Assembly (NCBI RefSeq): GCF_018350175.1
Contig: NC_058368.1
Location: forward strand, 205,160,001 to 205,224,000
DNA from: Felis catus
Lineage: Eukaryota
Direction of reading: 5' to 3'
DNA: 64,000 nucleotides
The notes beneath the pieces are model-generated. The model was not told the DNA's origin. It saw nothing but the letters and a program-made list of their open reading frames with translations, and made no database searches. Position 1 is the stretch's first letter, and the number at the start of each line of letters is the position of its first letter. Shown here piece after piece: positions 1 to 12,121 of the stretch. A program made the position numbers and the translations under genes.

Positions 1-339
1 AACGACTGAAAGAAAACTTAGAGGTAGTTGTATATAACCTAGAAGGGAGAAAATGGCTTCTATTTTTTGGATAACCATTAGGTAATTACATCTGTGTGAG
101 CTTACAAGCAGAAACTGAAAACATTCCCATTAAAAGCTTTGTGAGTTCAGTCCACCAGTAGCATCGCTTAGATGGCCAGAAAGAATGTATAGCATAAAGC
201 TAGCAGGAGGGTGTTCCACACTGCAGGATAGAATACTGTCGGATTCTGATGCATTGAGTCTCCAGAAAATATAGCACCGCTCTGGCATTTCTTGGCTGCA
301 AAGAATCCATGGCAGCAATGACCATGGAAATTATCATGG

Positions 340-742
340 AGCGAGGCAGAGATACTAACTTCTTGCCAAATATCCATGTGCTCCTCACATTACCCAGTCT
401 CAATGCAATAAAGTGAGACTGCTTCTGGTCATTGCTCTGTGAGCAGAAATGACCTATTTATTTTTGGGCCAAAGCATTCAAAAGCCAATGCAAGTCCTTC
501 CAGTATTTCTTTGCCTTAATGACCCTTCAGGCCACTTATTGAGTTGGAAACATTGTAAGATGGTGAAACCTGTTAGAGTGGATCTACAAGTTACAACTTA
601 GAGGAGAGTTCCAAGCTATCTTGGGATGGTTGTCAGATCCTCAGAGAATCTGGCATGCTCTTTGAGTAAGAAGGAACTTTTATATGCAAAGCCATTAAAA
701 TTTCAGGGTTTGTTTCTGTAGCATAACTGAGTGACTAACATA
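340..742 (+). mobile_element. Ancient MaLR LTR (MLT1 H/I/J-like), degraded
   Basis: 3' end aagccattaaaatttcagggtttgtttctgtagcataactgagtgactaaca resembles the MLT1 terminus; internal tgtgagcagaaatgac...gggccaaagcatt motif. Confidence 0.55.
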
Positions 743-974
743 AGGAGACTATACCAATAGAAGGGAAGAAAAGGTTAAATGCCACACAATAGGTAAATAA
801 ATGTGTTCATGAGACATTTGTAGAAATACCTAAAATACTGTTTAGAGACTTTAGAGATATATAAATAACAGGCAGGTTCAGATTTGGTAAAATAAACGTT
901 ATTACTATTCATGTATTCCTTCCTCTTAAACCTTATTATGCTGTATATTAGAACTGATAGATCAGAGATGGCTT

Positions 975-1095
975 TTCCATTTCTCTTATTTTATATATGT
1001 GCCCCTTAAAACATGAGTGTGAAAAGTTGCTTGCCTAAGCCTTCTCAGCAAATTAGTGACAGAAAATGGGATGAAGGGCAGCTTGGGGGTCTAGG
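975..1095 (-). mobile_element. MIR fragment
   Basis: Degenerate antisense core aagttgcttgcctaag...agcaaattagtgacaga. Confidence 0.4.
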
Positions 1096-1234
1096 AGCCA
1101 GGTAGGCATAGTGAAGGCCCTTTACAGATGACTTCATTTTCCAGCTCTCTCAGGTGCTTCCCTCTCAATGTTCTTTTAGTACTTTGCTCTACTGGTACAA
1201 CTATACTTATACTCTACTGCAATTTGTGAATTCC

Positions 1235-1340
1235 ACAGTGAAATACTTGATTATATAGATCATTAATCTTTGTCTTCAGTGTCCAACACAGAGACTGCAG
1301 CAAAAAATGAACTAAATAAAATTTTATTGAATAAATGAAA
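1235..1340 (+). mobile_element. L2 3' end fragment
   Basis: cagtgtccaacacagagactg...aataaaattttattgaataaatgaa resembles the L2 terminus. Confidence 0.45.
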
Positions 1341-1736
1341 CTTCAGGTGGTGTTAACACTAAATAAAGTTTGGGGTAGGGTAGTGCTTTGTATACATGGA
1401 ATATATACATTAAAATTATGTAAAAAAAAAATCCACTGATAATATTGGATAGTAGAGCAAAAAATATCTTCTCCAACACTGATAACAGTATATCTCTTAC
1501 CATTCAGCCCAGAGGTTGGAATTCTCAAAAATAGAGTATACCTTAGTTTGGGTATTGAAGGTATTTAATAAAATAGAAATACAACCTGGGATAAATGGAA
1601 TGGCATATAATTATTTATCTGTTAAAACCTTGGTACAAATTAACCAACCATATAGTCTTAGCAGACATTAAGTTCCTGATGGAATGGGATGTAGTTCATT
1701 TTTAAGGAAGTGGGAGCAAGAATACGGACCTATCAC

Positions 1737-1967
1737 GGGGCGCCTGGGTGGCGCAGTCGGTTAAGCGTCCGACTTCAGCCAGGTCACGATCTCGCGGTCC
1801 GTGAGTTCGACCCCCGCGTCAGGCTCTGGGCTGATGGCTCGGAGCCTGGAGCTTGTTTCCGATTCTGTGTCTCCCTCTCTCTCTGCCCCTCCCCCGTTCA
1901 TGCTCTGTCTCTCTCTGTCCCAAAAATAAATAAAAAACTTTGAAAAAAAAATTAAAAAAAAAAAAAA
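1737..1967 (+). mobile_element. Young felid Can-SINE (SINEC_Fc-type)
   Basis: ggggcgcctgggtggcgcagtcgg head with CpGs intact, (CT)n, poly(A); perfect 17-bp TSD aagaatacggacctatc at 1718-1734 and 1968-1984. Confidence 0.97.
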
Positions 1968-2056
1968 AAGAATACGGACCTATCTGAACAGGTAAGATAT
2001 CAAAGTGTAGAATCTAGGCCATCGCTTAATGGCTTTATTAAAGTCATGAAGACATG

Positions 2057-2135
2057 AGAAAGGTGAATATTTTGTCATCATCTTATCAAAATTAACCAGA
2101 AAGGTGAATATTCTGTCATCATTTTGTCAAAATTA
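2057..2135. repeat. Tandem duplication, period 41 bp
   Basis: agaaaggtgaatattttgtcatcatcttatcaaaatta (2057-2094) repeated at 2098-2135 with 3 mismatches. Confidence 0.9.
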
Positions 2136-2713
2136 CAAATTAGACCCATAAAGTGTCTCATGGATAATTAATTAGTTGCCTTTTTTTTCCCTCATCACTT
2201 TCTAATACCTATCTTAAATTGTAAAGGAAGGGGAGGGAGGAAGGGAAGGAGGAGTTAAATATAAATTCCCTTTTCACATTATATAATATGACGTCATTGA
2301 GGTTAAATATATCTTGCTGGCAAATTCACTGCAATATGTTTTGTCAGTCAATGCCTAATACCTTGATAAGATAAATTTGCCTTCAGTTTGTCCCTACCTA
2401 ATCAAACACAACTTACATTTTCATATCATCTATATGAAATCATCAGATTGAGATTAGGAAAAATACAGACTTCCAAGTCAATGTCTGTCCCCTATAAGAA
2501 AGGACAGCTATGTCTTAGCTATGCTAATGTTGATTATTAGATTATTCCTTTCTGTTTCATTTACTTAGGTACCAAATCGCTTTGCTATATCCTTAGGTGA
2601 GGCAGCATAGTGCCCTCAATAAAATAAACAACATTTAGATAAACATTAGATAACAACATTATCTAACGTGTGAACATACCCACAGATACCATGCAAACTA
2701 AATCAAAAGTCTT

Positions 2714-2940
2714 TTTTTAATTAATGTTTTAAACTTTATTTAGTTATTTTGGGAGAGAGAGAGAGAGAGGAAGCATAAGCAGAGGAAGGGTAGAGAGAAA
2801 GGGAGAGAGAGAGAATCCCAAGCAGGCTCTACACTCAGCATGGAGCCTGGTGCAGGGCTCAAACTCTCAAACTGTGGGATTATAACCTGAGCTGAAACCA
2901 AGAGTGGAACACTTAACTAGCTGTGCCACCCAAGTGCCCC
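2714..2940 (-). mobile_element. Older Can-SINE
   Basis: Antisense SINE ending gccacccaagtgcccc; TSD ctaaatcaaaagtctt at 2698-2713 and 2941-2956. Confidence 0.93.
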
Positions 2941-3039
2941 CTAAATCAAAAGTCTTAATGGAAAACAATTTCCTACACTTGCATGACCTTTGTAATAATA
3001 GTTTCCTTTTCTTAAAAACAAATAGTTTTATAAACTATG

Positions 3040-3270
3040 TATGTACTCCTAAATAGTAGAGTTTAGTTTTTCCTGGTTTTAAAATTTCTACAAAAGGAAT
3101 AAAACTATATTCTTGCATGTCCTATTCTTTTCATTGAATATTGTAAGATTCACCATGTTCTGTGTAGCTATAGTAATATTCTTTGATATGACTATATGCA
3201 ATTTTATTCATCTTGCTAATGACAGATACTGGTTTCCAGTTTGTTTAAAGCATTATGAACATTTGACAAA
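3040..3270 (-). mobile_element. Ancient L1 (L1ME-like) 3' fragment
   Basis: ttgtaagattcaccatgttctgtgtagctatagt...ggtttccagttt typical of old antisense L1 3' ends. Confidence 0.5.
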
Positions 3271-3404
3271 TGTGGCAAGAAGTTACATATATAAGAACTA
3301 AAAATAAGACAAAATTTGGAACATTTTATCGTAGTTTCCTCATAGATTTGTTACTGAATCTGGAGTGAGAATATGTCCAAATCAATCATGAAATCAAACT
3401 AGGA

Positions 3405-3520
3405 ATCATGTAGTCAAATCTTTTACTTAATAGATAAGGAAACAGAGGTCCAAAGAAGATTTGACTTGGTCATAGTGACATAATTATAGAGTCAAGGATG
3501 AAAGCCAGCTCTCCAACTTA
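3405..3520 (-). mobile_element. MIR fragment
   Basis: agataaggaaacagaggtccaaagaagatttgacttg core. Confidence 0.6.
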
Positions 3521-4085
3521 GGTAACACAGAATTCTCTTAACTTTTTATGTTGCCAAATTTCTCCACCAGCACCAGTCTCCACCAGTGTTAAGGAATAAA
3601 GACCATCTGAAAACTTCCTGTTAGTCTATCCAAAAAGATCACAGTCCATGGTCAAAAATGGATAAAAAAAAATTGGTGTTACATTTTGAAAAAAAAATTT
3701 TTAAATATTTTGGGCACCCATTTACCATGAGAGATGTGGCATTGAAAATACTTAAGGAAATCCTTTTTAGATTTTAGATGTAGAGGATTTTTTATAAAAT
3801 TTTAGGATAATGTTATTTTGCTTTAAAATTTTTTTAAACAAAATTTATATCTTTCCAAGTCATTAGCTATTTAAGGAACAAAACAAAACCAAAATGATTT
3901 GCTCAATATCATATAAAGAGTTGGCCATAAATTGGAAAGAAAAATCAAGGTTTGTGGTTTTTTGTTTTTTTTTTTTTTAAAGAATGAAAATGCAAAGGAA
4001 GAAACACCATTCCAGGAGAAACATTCTGGGTGGCATATTGGAAAAGACTCTGCAAAGTTCTGTGCAATTAAAAAAAAAAAAGATA

Positions 4086-4294
4086 GGGGCGCCTGGGTGG
4101 CGCAGTCGGTTAAGCGACCGACTTCAGCCAGGTCACGATCTCGCGGTCTGTGAGTTTGAGCCCCGCGTCGGGCTCTGGGCTGATGGCTCAGAGCCTGGAG
4201 CCTGTTTCCGATTCTGTGTCTCCCTCTCTCTCTGCCCCTCGCCCGTTCATGCTCTGTCTCTCTCTGTCCCAAAAATAAATAAACGTTGAAAAAA

Positions 4295-4331
<37 letters not shown>
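4086..4331 (+). mobile_element. Young felid Can-SINE with (TAAA)n tail
   Basis: Near-consensus head ggggcgcctgggtggcgcagtcgg; tail (aaat)n; short TSD aagata. Confidence 0.96.
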
Positions 4332-4333
<2 letters not shown>

Positions 4334-5726
4334 GATAACTTCCTCCCTGACAGTTTGAAATTTCAATATTTTTAGAAAGTGAAAGTTAAAATGTTCTGCT
4401 ACTTAAACTAAAATTCTGAAACAAGAAAGTAGATTATATCAATATAAATGTCATGGCTTGGGATAAATAAGATATTTATGAGATTATTTCTGCACTTTCT
4501 GCACTAGATCATATAACTTGATAGTGTTGACAATACGATACTTCTTGTCCTTTTTAGTATGACACATATAGAAAGATGATGTGTATATAGATTGGCAGCT
4601 AAGGGAAGAGACATAGAGTAAAACAAACACATCTATAGAAATCTGTAAGTACCAATGGGAAAGTTGCTGGCAAAAGTCATTGATATAAGGAGCTTAGCCA
4701 GTGGATCTTTTTCCTCAAAGTGTTTTCACTATGTGTCTCTAGGCAGTGTTGACATTTTTATATTCTACTATATGCATGCTTTTTCTTCATTTGATTTTGC
4801 TTTGGCTTACTCCTAAACAAAATGTAATTCCCTTTCAATTCTTACCTTGAAGTTAGACTTTCCAAATAAAAATATTCTCTTCCGTTTTATTTCCTAAAAC
4901 AACCTAAGACATAGGGAAGAATAGAGGTTTTACCTTTCTTGAAACTTGCCGTATTCACTTGCAATGCAAATTCTTAACTTTTTATAATTTATCAACTTCT
5001 GTATCATCATCATTACCAAACTATATGACTAGAATGTATTGGGCACTCATTGCATTATACGATTTGACCTCCTGCATTAAAATGGCTATTTTAGCAATGA
5101 TTTGGAATTTATCTAGATGGTTGAAATAGGCATAATTCTTTCAGTTGTCCCTGAAATACTGGTGCTACTGAAATACTGCCATTAAATACTGAAATAAAGA
5201 GAAGAAAATATGTCACTAAGGAGCTTGAAATCACCAAAACATGATGCTAGTCTATTATCCCACAAGTCAGCTAATCTTTGCCTCAGATATAGGAAGAACA
5301 GAGAAAAATAAGAACATAATTTGTGATTCAATGTAAACTGTCACATTTTAAGGGACTATATTGTTTGTGAATATAAAAAAGAAACATACAATCTAACGCA
5401 TGCTTTTATTCTTTGAATGAATATCTAGTGCTGAAATCCTAAAAATACTTTAATACTGTTGATGTACTTATAAAATAAGGCTTGTGGTAGATGACCAGGA
5501 AGAAACGCTGTAGCAAGAAACATGACATTGAATTCAGCTGTCACTAAAGATGTTCAGAGATTAAGCAATATACATGAAAGTGTATGGCACCAATCAGGTA
5601 AACTGTAAATGTGTGATAGTGTTACAGAATGTGAATTCTGCCCAGTGGGGGGCCCAAATCAAAAGATTTTTTAGTGTAGAATGGTCCACAGCTGCATTAG
5701 TACTCTGTTATCTGAAAGACAAAACT

Positions 5727-5741
5727 GAAAGAAAGAAAAAA

Positions 5742-5797
<56 letters not shown>

Positions 5798-5803
5798 GAA
5801 AGA
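5727..5803. repeat. (GAAA)n microsatellite
   Basis: Seen directly. Confidence 0.97.
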
Positions 5804-6674
5804 GACACCAGATAATTCAGTAGTATAAAAAAGACATTTACAGAACCATTTCAATCAAAAAGGCTATTTCCTAGGGTACAGGCATTTCATTATATGCCAA
5901 TTCATTCAGCTGACACTTTTGTATAAAATTGTTTGACAGCATGATAGGTGTTCATGGAAAATGAAGAGAAAAACTAATAAACTGATACAGCAAGAGAGGG
6001 AACAGTGGTTTAAGTTTCAGCTTTGAGGAATATGCTAAATCTTCCATGAGATATATGTATTTTTTTTACTCTTCCTCAAAACAATGAAATATCACTCAAG
6101 TAAAATATAAACTGTTTAATTAAAGTGTTCATGACTTTTAGGTGCATTAATAGACACAATGAAAGCTGAAAATGCAAGATCCAGGAAGAGCTCTTTGATA
6201 TCCAGACAAGTGGAAGATGGACTTTAAACCCAAATTTGTAACTCCCTACAAAATCACCAGGAAGTCATAGCTCTGATATGACTGACTTAAAATGGGAGGA
6301 CCAATGGCCTATTCCTCTGGTTTGTTGTTAGAAGAATTTGTTTCCTTGCAGAGTTTCATCTGTATCCTGAACCCTCCAAAAACAAATAAAGTCAGCCTCT
6401 ATGGTCCTCCTTCCTGCCCCAGTTAAATTCTTCTGACCCTGTCCCATTTTGAAAGCATTGAAGTTCAAAGGCACACTCTGGCATTGTTTCTTGTTTGTAG
6501 AGACCCCACAGACTTTAAGCCCTTTTAACTAATTAACTACTTACTTCCTATCTGCATCATTAGAATAACAGGACAGCTTAATACTGGTTCAAGGAAATAG
6601 CACTTTATTGCTTCCACAGGGTTGCCACCTAATTGAGTAATGTGGATAAACTTAAACAAGGGAATGATCATATA

Positions 6675-7080
6675 AATAAAATTTGCTAAGAGACTAGAAC
6701 GTAGATGTTCTTGCCACACCCATCCCTGCAAGAAAAGAGCCAGATAATATGTGAAGGGAGACACATATATCAAATCACTATGATGCACCTTTAAGTATCT
6801 TACAACTGGGGCACCTGGGTTGCTCAGTTGGTTGAGCGTCTGACTTCGGCTCAGGTCATAATCTCGCCATCCGTAAGTTTGAGCCCCGCGTCCGGCTCTG
6901 TGCTGACAGCTCAGAGCCTGGAGCCTGTTTCAGATTCTGTGTCTCCCTCTCTCTCTGATCCTCCCCCATTCATGCTCTGTCTCTCTCTGTCTCAAGAATA
7001 AATAAACGTTAAAAAAAATTTAAACATAAGTATCTTACAATTGTATTTGTCAATTATACCTCAATATAGCTAAAAAATAA
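6675..7080 (+). mobile_element. L1 3' terminus (L1MA/old carnivore type) interrupted by a SINE
   Basis: aaatttgctaagagactaga...tatatcaaatcact...ttgtcaattatacctcaatatagct. Confidence 0.7.
6808..7026 (+). mobile_element. Felid Can-SINE
   Basis: Full SINE; TSD taagtatcttacaa at 6792-6805 and 7027-7040. Confidence 0.95.
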
Positions 7081-7739
7081 TTAAATAATTAAGTTAAACA
7101 AATAAAATGGTCTAGAGCTCTCTCATCTCTTGAGGCTACTTCTTCAGGACACATAGAGGACAATTCAAAAAAACACTGCTATAAAAGGATAGGGAAAAAA
7201 TGTTTTTAAAAGCTGCAGGTAGCTCCTGACAAGTTTAAAATGTGTTGACTAGAAAAAAAAATATGTGAAAAATAAATGACTATGTTATCAATTCATTAAA
7301 AAAAATAAATTGAGAACAAAAGAAATTACAAGAAGAAAAAGTTCATGCATAACAGACTTTCTTTTTTGTTTTTCTTTTTTTCTCTTTGAAACCTTTCTCC
7401 TCCCTATATTTCCTCCCACTCTGGAGAATTTCTCTAATGATATTTGTTGTATTTTGGTGGCCCAGGACCTGACCTCCTTCTGGTGTTTGTGGAGTCCTCT
7501 ACTCTGTGCAATGGTGAGAAGATGGCCTGTAACCTAATAGCCAGACAGGTCAGATGCTTGCTTCCCATGCTTCCCAGAGCTTTAGTATGGTCTTTGGGAG
7601 CAGCCAGATATACTTTCTCCATCTCAGAATAAGATGTAAGATGTTCATAGCCCAGAGAAGTAAGTGCAGTAGATAAGCTACTATAATGGGGACAAGAGCA
7701 GTTCAGAAATGTCCTGTCCTCCCAAGGCCACTATTTCTT

Positions 7740-9060
7740 TTTTTTTTTAAATACGAAATCTGTTGTCAAATTGGTTTTTTTGAGTTTATTTTTGTGAATG
7801 GTGTGAGAAAGTGGTCTAGTTTCATTCTTCTGCATATTGCTGTCCAGTTCTCCCAGCACCATTTGTTAAAGAGGCTGTCTTTTTTCCATTGGATGTTCTT
7901 TCCTGCTTTGTCAAAGATGAGTTGGCCATACGTTTGTGGGTCTAGTTCTGGGGTTTCTATTCTATTCCATTGGTCTATGTGTCTGTTTTTGTGCCTATAC
8001 CATGCTGTCTTGATGATTACAGCTTTGTAGTAGAGGCTAAAGTCTGGGATTGTGATGCCTCCCGCTTTGGTCTTCTTCTTCAATATTACTTTGGCTATTC
8101 GGGGTCTTTTGTGGTTCCATACAAATTTTAGGATTGCTTGTTCTAGTTTCGAGAAGAATGCTGGTGCAATTTGATTGGGATTGCACTGAATGTGTAGATA
8201 GCTTTGGGTAGTACTGACATTTTAATAATGTTTATTCTTCCAATCCATGAGCATGGAATGTTTTCCATTTCTTCGGATCTTCTTCAATTTCCTTCTTAAC
8301 CTTTCTATAGTTTTCAGCATACAGATCTTTTACATCTTTGGTTAGATTTATTCCTAGGTATTTTATGCTTCTTGGTGCAATTGTGAATGGGATCAGTTTC
8401 TTTGTTTGTCTTTCTGTTGCTTCATTGTTAGTGTATAAGAATGCAACTGATTTGTGTACACTGATTTTGTATCCTGTGACTTTGCTGAATTCATGTATCA
8501 GTTCTAGTAGACTTTTGGTGGAGTCTTTCGGATTTTCCATGTATAATATCATGTCATCTCCAAAACAGTGAAAGTTTGACTTCATCTTTGCCAATTTTGA
8601 TGCCTTTGATTTCCTTTTGTTGTCTGGTTGCTGATGCTAGAACTCCCAACACTATGTTAAACAACAGTGGTGAGAGTGGACACCCCTGTCGTGTTCCTGA
8701 TCTCAGGGAGAAAGCTCTCAGTTTTTCCCCCACTGAGGATGATATTAGCTGTGGGCTTTTCATAAATGGCTTTTATGATGTTTAAGTATGTTCCTTCTAT
8801 CCCGACTTTCTTGAGGGTTTTTATTAAGAAAGGATGCTGAATTTTGTCAAATGCTTTTTCTGCATCGATTGACAGGATCATATGGTTCTTATCTTTTCTT
8901 TTATTAATGTGATGTATCACATTGATTGATTTGCAAATGTTGAACCAGCCCTGCAGTCCAGGAATCAATCCCACTTGATCATGGTGAATAATTCTTTTTA
9001 TATGCTGTTGAATTTGATTTGCTAGTATCTTATTGAGAATTTTTGGATCCATATTCATCA
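7740..9060 (-). mobile_element. 5'-truncated, internally deleted felid L1 (frameshifted ORF2 RT region plus about 30 nt of 3' terminus)
   Basis: ORFs 8657-9058, 8554-8763, 8232-8594 and 7766-8083 give L1 ORF2 peptides ([43 protein letters not shown]); poly(T) at left; 49-bp flanking duplication. Confidence 0.95.
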
Positions 9061-9239
9061 GACAAGAGCAGTTTAGAAATGTCTTGTCCTCCCAAGGTCA
9101 CTATTTCTTCCATTGCTTCAACAACAAATTCTTTCCTGATGGCCAACGGAGGTCCTGGATGATGTCCCTAGAGTCATGAGACCACAAGCAGTCTCATGAG
9201 CATTTAATATACTGTGCTGAAGGAAACTACTAGTATGTC

Positions 9240-9425
9240 TGGGAGTTGGAGTCCTTGATCACTAATGTAATTTACCTGCTGTGCATATAAAGAGGCAAAT
9301 TACCTAGTATCATCTGTAACTGAGGGAAATAGTATCTAGTTCATTGTTCTGTGGTATTAGAGAATTCATGTAGAGTAACTGGCATAAAGTTTGTCTGTAA
9401 CAAATAGTAGCTATCATTGTTATTG
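9240..9425 (+). mobile_element. MIR
   Basis: catctgtaactgagggaaatagtatct...aaatagtagctatcatt. Confidence 0.55.
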
Positions 9426-9685
9426 TTGTTTCTATTGTTTCTATTACTAACCCTGTGACTATTTCCATTACTATTCTATCTTGCCTCTACTAGCTTGTGA
9501 ACTCAGACCTCATGTCCAGTTCCTTCAATTAAGCAGCAGCTAGTCACCTCTAACAACAAAGTCCCCCTTGTTGCCCTCTGTTTCTGTCTCTATGCAAACA
9601 CATCCCATCATTTTTTCTTCTTCAAATAATGGCGGTTGATGTGAACATACATGTAAATATATCTTCTTCTAGAATATATGACAGT

Positions 9686-9900
9686 GGGCACCCAGGTGGC
9701 TCAGTCGGTTGGGCATCTGACTTCGGCTCAGGTCATGATCTCAGGGCTAGTGAGTTCCAGCCACGTGTTGGGCTCTGTGCTGAAAGCTCGGAGCCTGGAG
9801 CCTGCTTCAGGTTCTGTGTTTCCCTCTCTCTCTGCCCATCCCCCACTCGCATTCTGTCTCTCTCTGTCTCTCAAAAATAAATAAACATTAAAAAAATTTT
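9686..9900 (+). mobile_element. Can-SINE
   Basis: gggcacccaggtggctcagtcgg head, (CT)n, A-rich tail. Confidence 0.94.
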
Positions 9901-10495
9901 TAGGATATAAGATGGTGACATTAGTGGTACTTTTATTCTTCTCTTCCTAATTCTTAAATGTTTATGTTTTTTAAAACAACTGCATATTACTTTAATAAAC
10001 AGGAAAAAGTAATAAAGCTATTTTAAGTAATATCTTCTTGACACATAAGGCTATTCCATCTTCATTTTGAATAGATACAGTTCTTTGGAATAAGGTGTAC
10101 CCTTCCTTTTTTTTTTTTATATTCCTATTTTTATTTTGTCCAAACAATTACACATAAGATGTAGTAATATGTAGTAATAGTCATGATATTCTGTGTACTA
10201 CTTGGTTACAATTCATTTTCCCACTGATCATATTTATTTCTCCTATCCTATACTGTTACATGTGTATTTCTCAGGATCCATGATTTCCAAATATGTTAAT
10301 TCTTTAACATATTCATCTTCTCATCCTACCTCCCATGTTATGGTTCTTTTTCATGTTTTAGAAGTTGTTGGTCATAATAACGGATTCCTAAGTTATAGCA
10401 GTGTTCGTCAAAATCTGATCATGCCTCCTGGGTTACTGCATTACTAAACAGTGATCATATAAAGCTAATGCTTTCTCAAGATCATTCAAGAAAAT

Positions 10496-10497
10496 CA

Positions 10498-10549
<52 letters not shown>
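10496..10549. repeat. Compound (CA)n(GA)n microsatellite
   Basis: Seen directly. Confidence 0.97.
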
Positions 10550-10552
<3 letters not shown>

Positions 10553-11849
10553 TGGCACATAATTCCATAGGAATTAATTTTTATGCGTGTAGAAGGGATA
10601 TTTACTGGGATAAGTACTAAGGGAGTAAAGACTATTAAAGTTTACATTTATAAACTAAATTGAACTCATTACTAGAGTTTTCTGAGCTCTAATTGAGGTC
10701 CCAGGCAAAGCCTAGCAATGAAGACAATAATAAGCATAGCTCTCAGGACAGCATCATTACTGGATCTTGAGTTGGTCATGACTGTTAGTTGTAGCTGTTC
10801 TTAGTTGCTAATTATAAGGCAACTATCAAACACCCCCATTTCCTTCTCTGGCATATCTAGAAAAATGTGAGTTTGTTTCATATTCATAAGTGAGTCACTT
10901 ATCCTATTATATATTCCTCCCATTGGTCCCAGGTCCCCAGTGAGCTGTCTGCCCTCTTTTTGCTGCTAGCCCTACACTGAAATGTTTGGGCTAAAATCTC
11001 CCATCCATATATAAGTAGATATGGCTACCTCTTTGACATTCTCAGTGGTGAAATAAATACAGGACAGGGTATACTTCCCATGATTGCCACAGAAGTCTAT
11101 CTGGTATATATCAACCTTTACTGAAAGATGGAAGATCAATAAAAAAAAATTACAGTGGGGATCAGGTGCATTTAAGACTATATGCCAAATAGGGCTATTT
11201 CATAATCCAAGGAAAAACACAAAAATATCAAACACTTCCTAGGGAATTCTCCCATGGTTATACTCCAATTCTTGGTTTCTCCACCATATTTAGATTCTCC
11301 CTCCTCTATAAGGATTTCCTCCTCCAAACTTCCCTTGAGGGCAACCCCATTCCCTATTTACACAGGTTGATGTGAGTCTGGAAACCATCCACTTCTTACT
11401 CACAGGAATTCTGTGGATCCCATAACCCACTAGTAGTATATAGCCCAAATTCTGAGTTATTCATCTCACAAAGACTAAAGAGTTGGGGGATGATGTTGAG
11501 TGAATTACAAAATGGGATACAGTACTACAAAATCTGTTAAGTTGCAAGTAAGTCTTCTTATTCTTACTGATAATCCAAATGGATCAAAAATATACATTCA
11601 CAAACATCTTCCTAGGATAAACATCAATTCTTAGAAAGACTATAGTATAAGTCCTTATTGAAGTAGAGGAATATTTTACTAACTACAATATAATTAGTAC
11701 AGTTGGCCCTCACTTAATGATACAATGTAAAAGAGTAAAAGTTTTCCTTTGTTTATACTTCTGTTTTCAGACTGTGCTCATGAGCCTATCATTATGTAAC
11801 AAACAACAATTCCAGTGACTTCTAATTTTGATGACTGTAGCCCAGCCCA

Positions 11850-12121
11850 AAAGTGGCATTCTATAAACTCCAGTGACTTTCTGCAGGAAGATTTTTTTTG
11901 TTGTTCTGACTGACAATGATTTGGTAAAGAAATACCTGAGTTTGGATGAACTACTCTGAGGAGTGTTCTTTCAGAATTCCTTAATGAACTTTACTTCTGG
12001 TGGCCTAGTGCTAGCTTACTTTCCTACCATCTTATGTCCTCATTCCCTAGTGCTTACTGGGTTCCCCAACAAATTATATCCTTGTCTTAGGATCTGCTTC
12101 TGGGGATTGCAAGCAAAGACA
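11850..12121 (+). mobile_element. ERVL-class LTR remnant (LTR16-like 3' end)
   Basis: atccttgtcttaggatctgcttctggggattgcaagcaaagaca resembles the LTR16 terminus; 5' boundary uncertain. Confidence 0.5.

Noticed and set aside
1737..1830. tRNA-like heads with A/B boxes
   Set aside because: They are tRNA-derived SINE heads followed by (CT)n and poly(A), not tRNA genes.
1710..1943. Recurrent ORFs such as GAPGWRSRLSVRLQPGHDLAV and AQSLEPASDSVSPSL
   Set aside because: They are translations of Can-SINE copies, not genes.
3580..4420. Possible very old DNA transposon around the SINE at 4086
   Set aside because: No TIRs or family motif that I could verify.
9061..9109. APOBEC signature in the three C/T differences of the long TSD
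   Set aside because: Only three sites, and for a minus-strand insertion deamination of exposed strands would give T in the left copy or G>A in the right, not the pattern seen.
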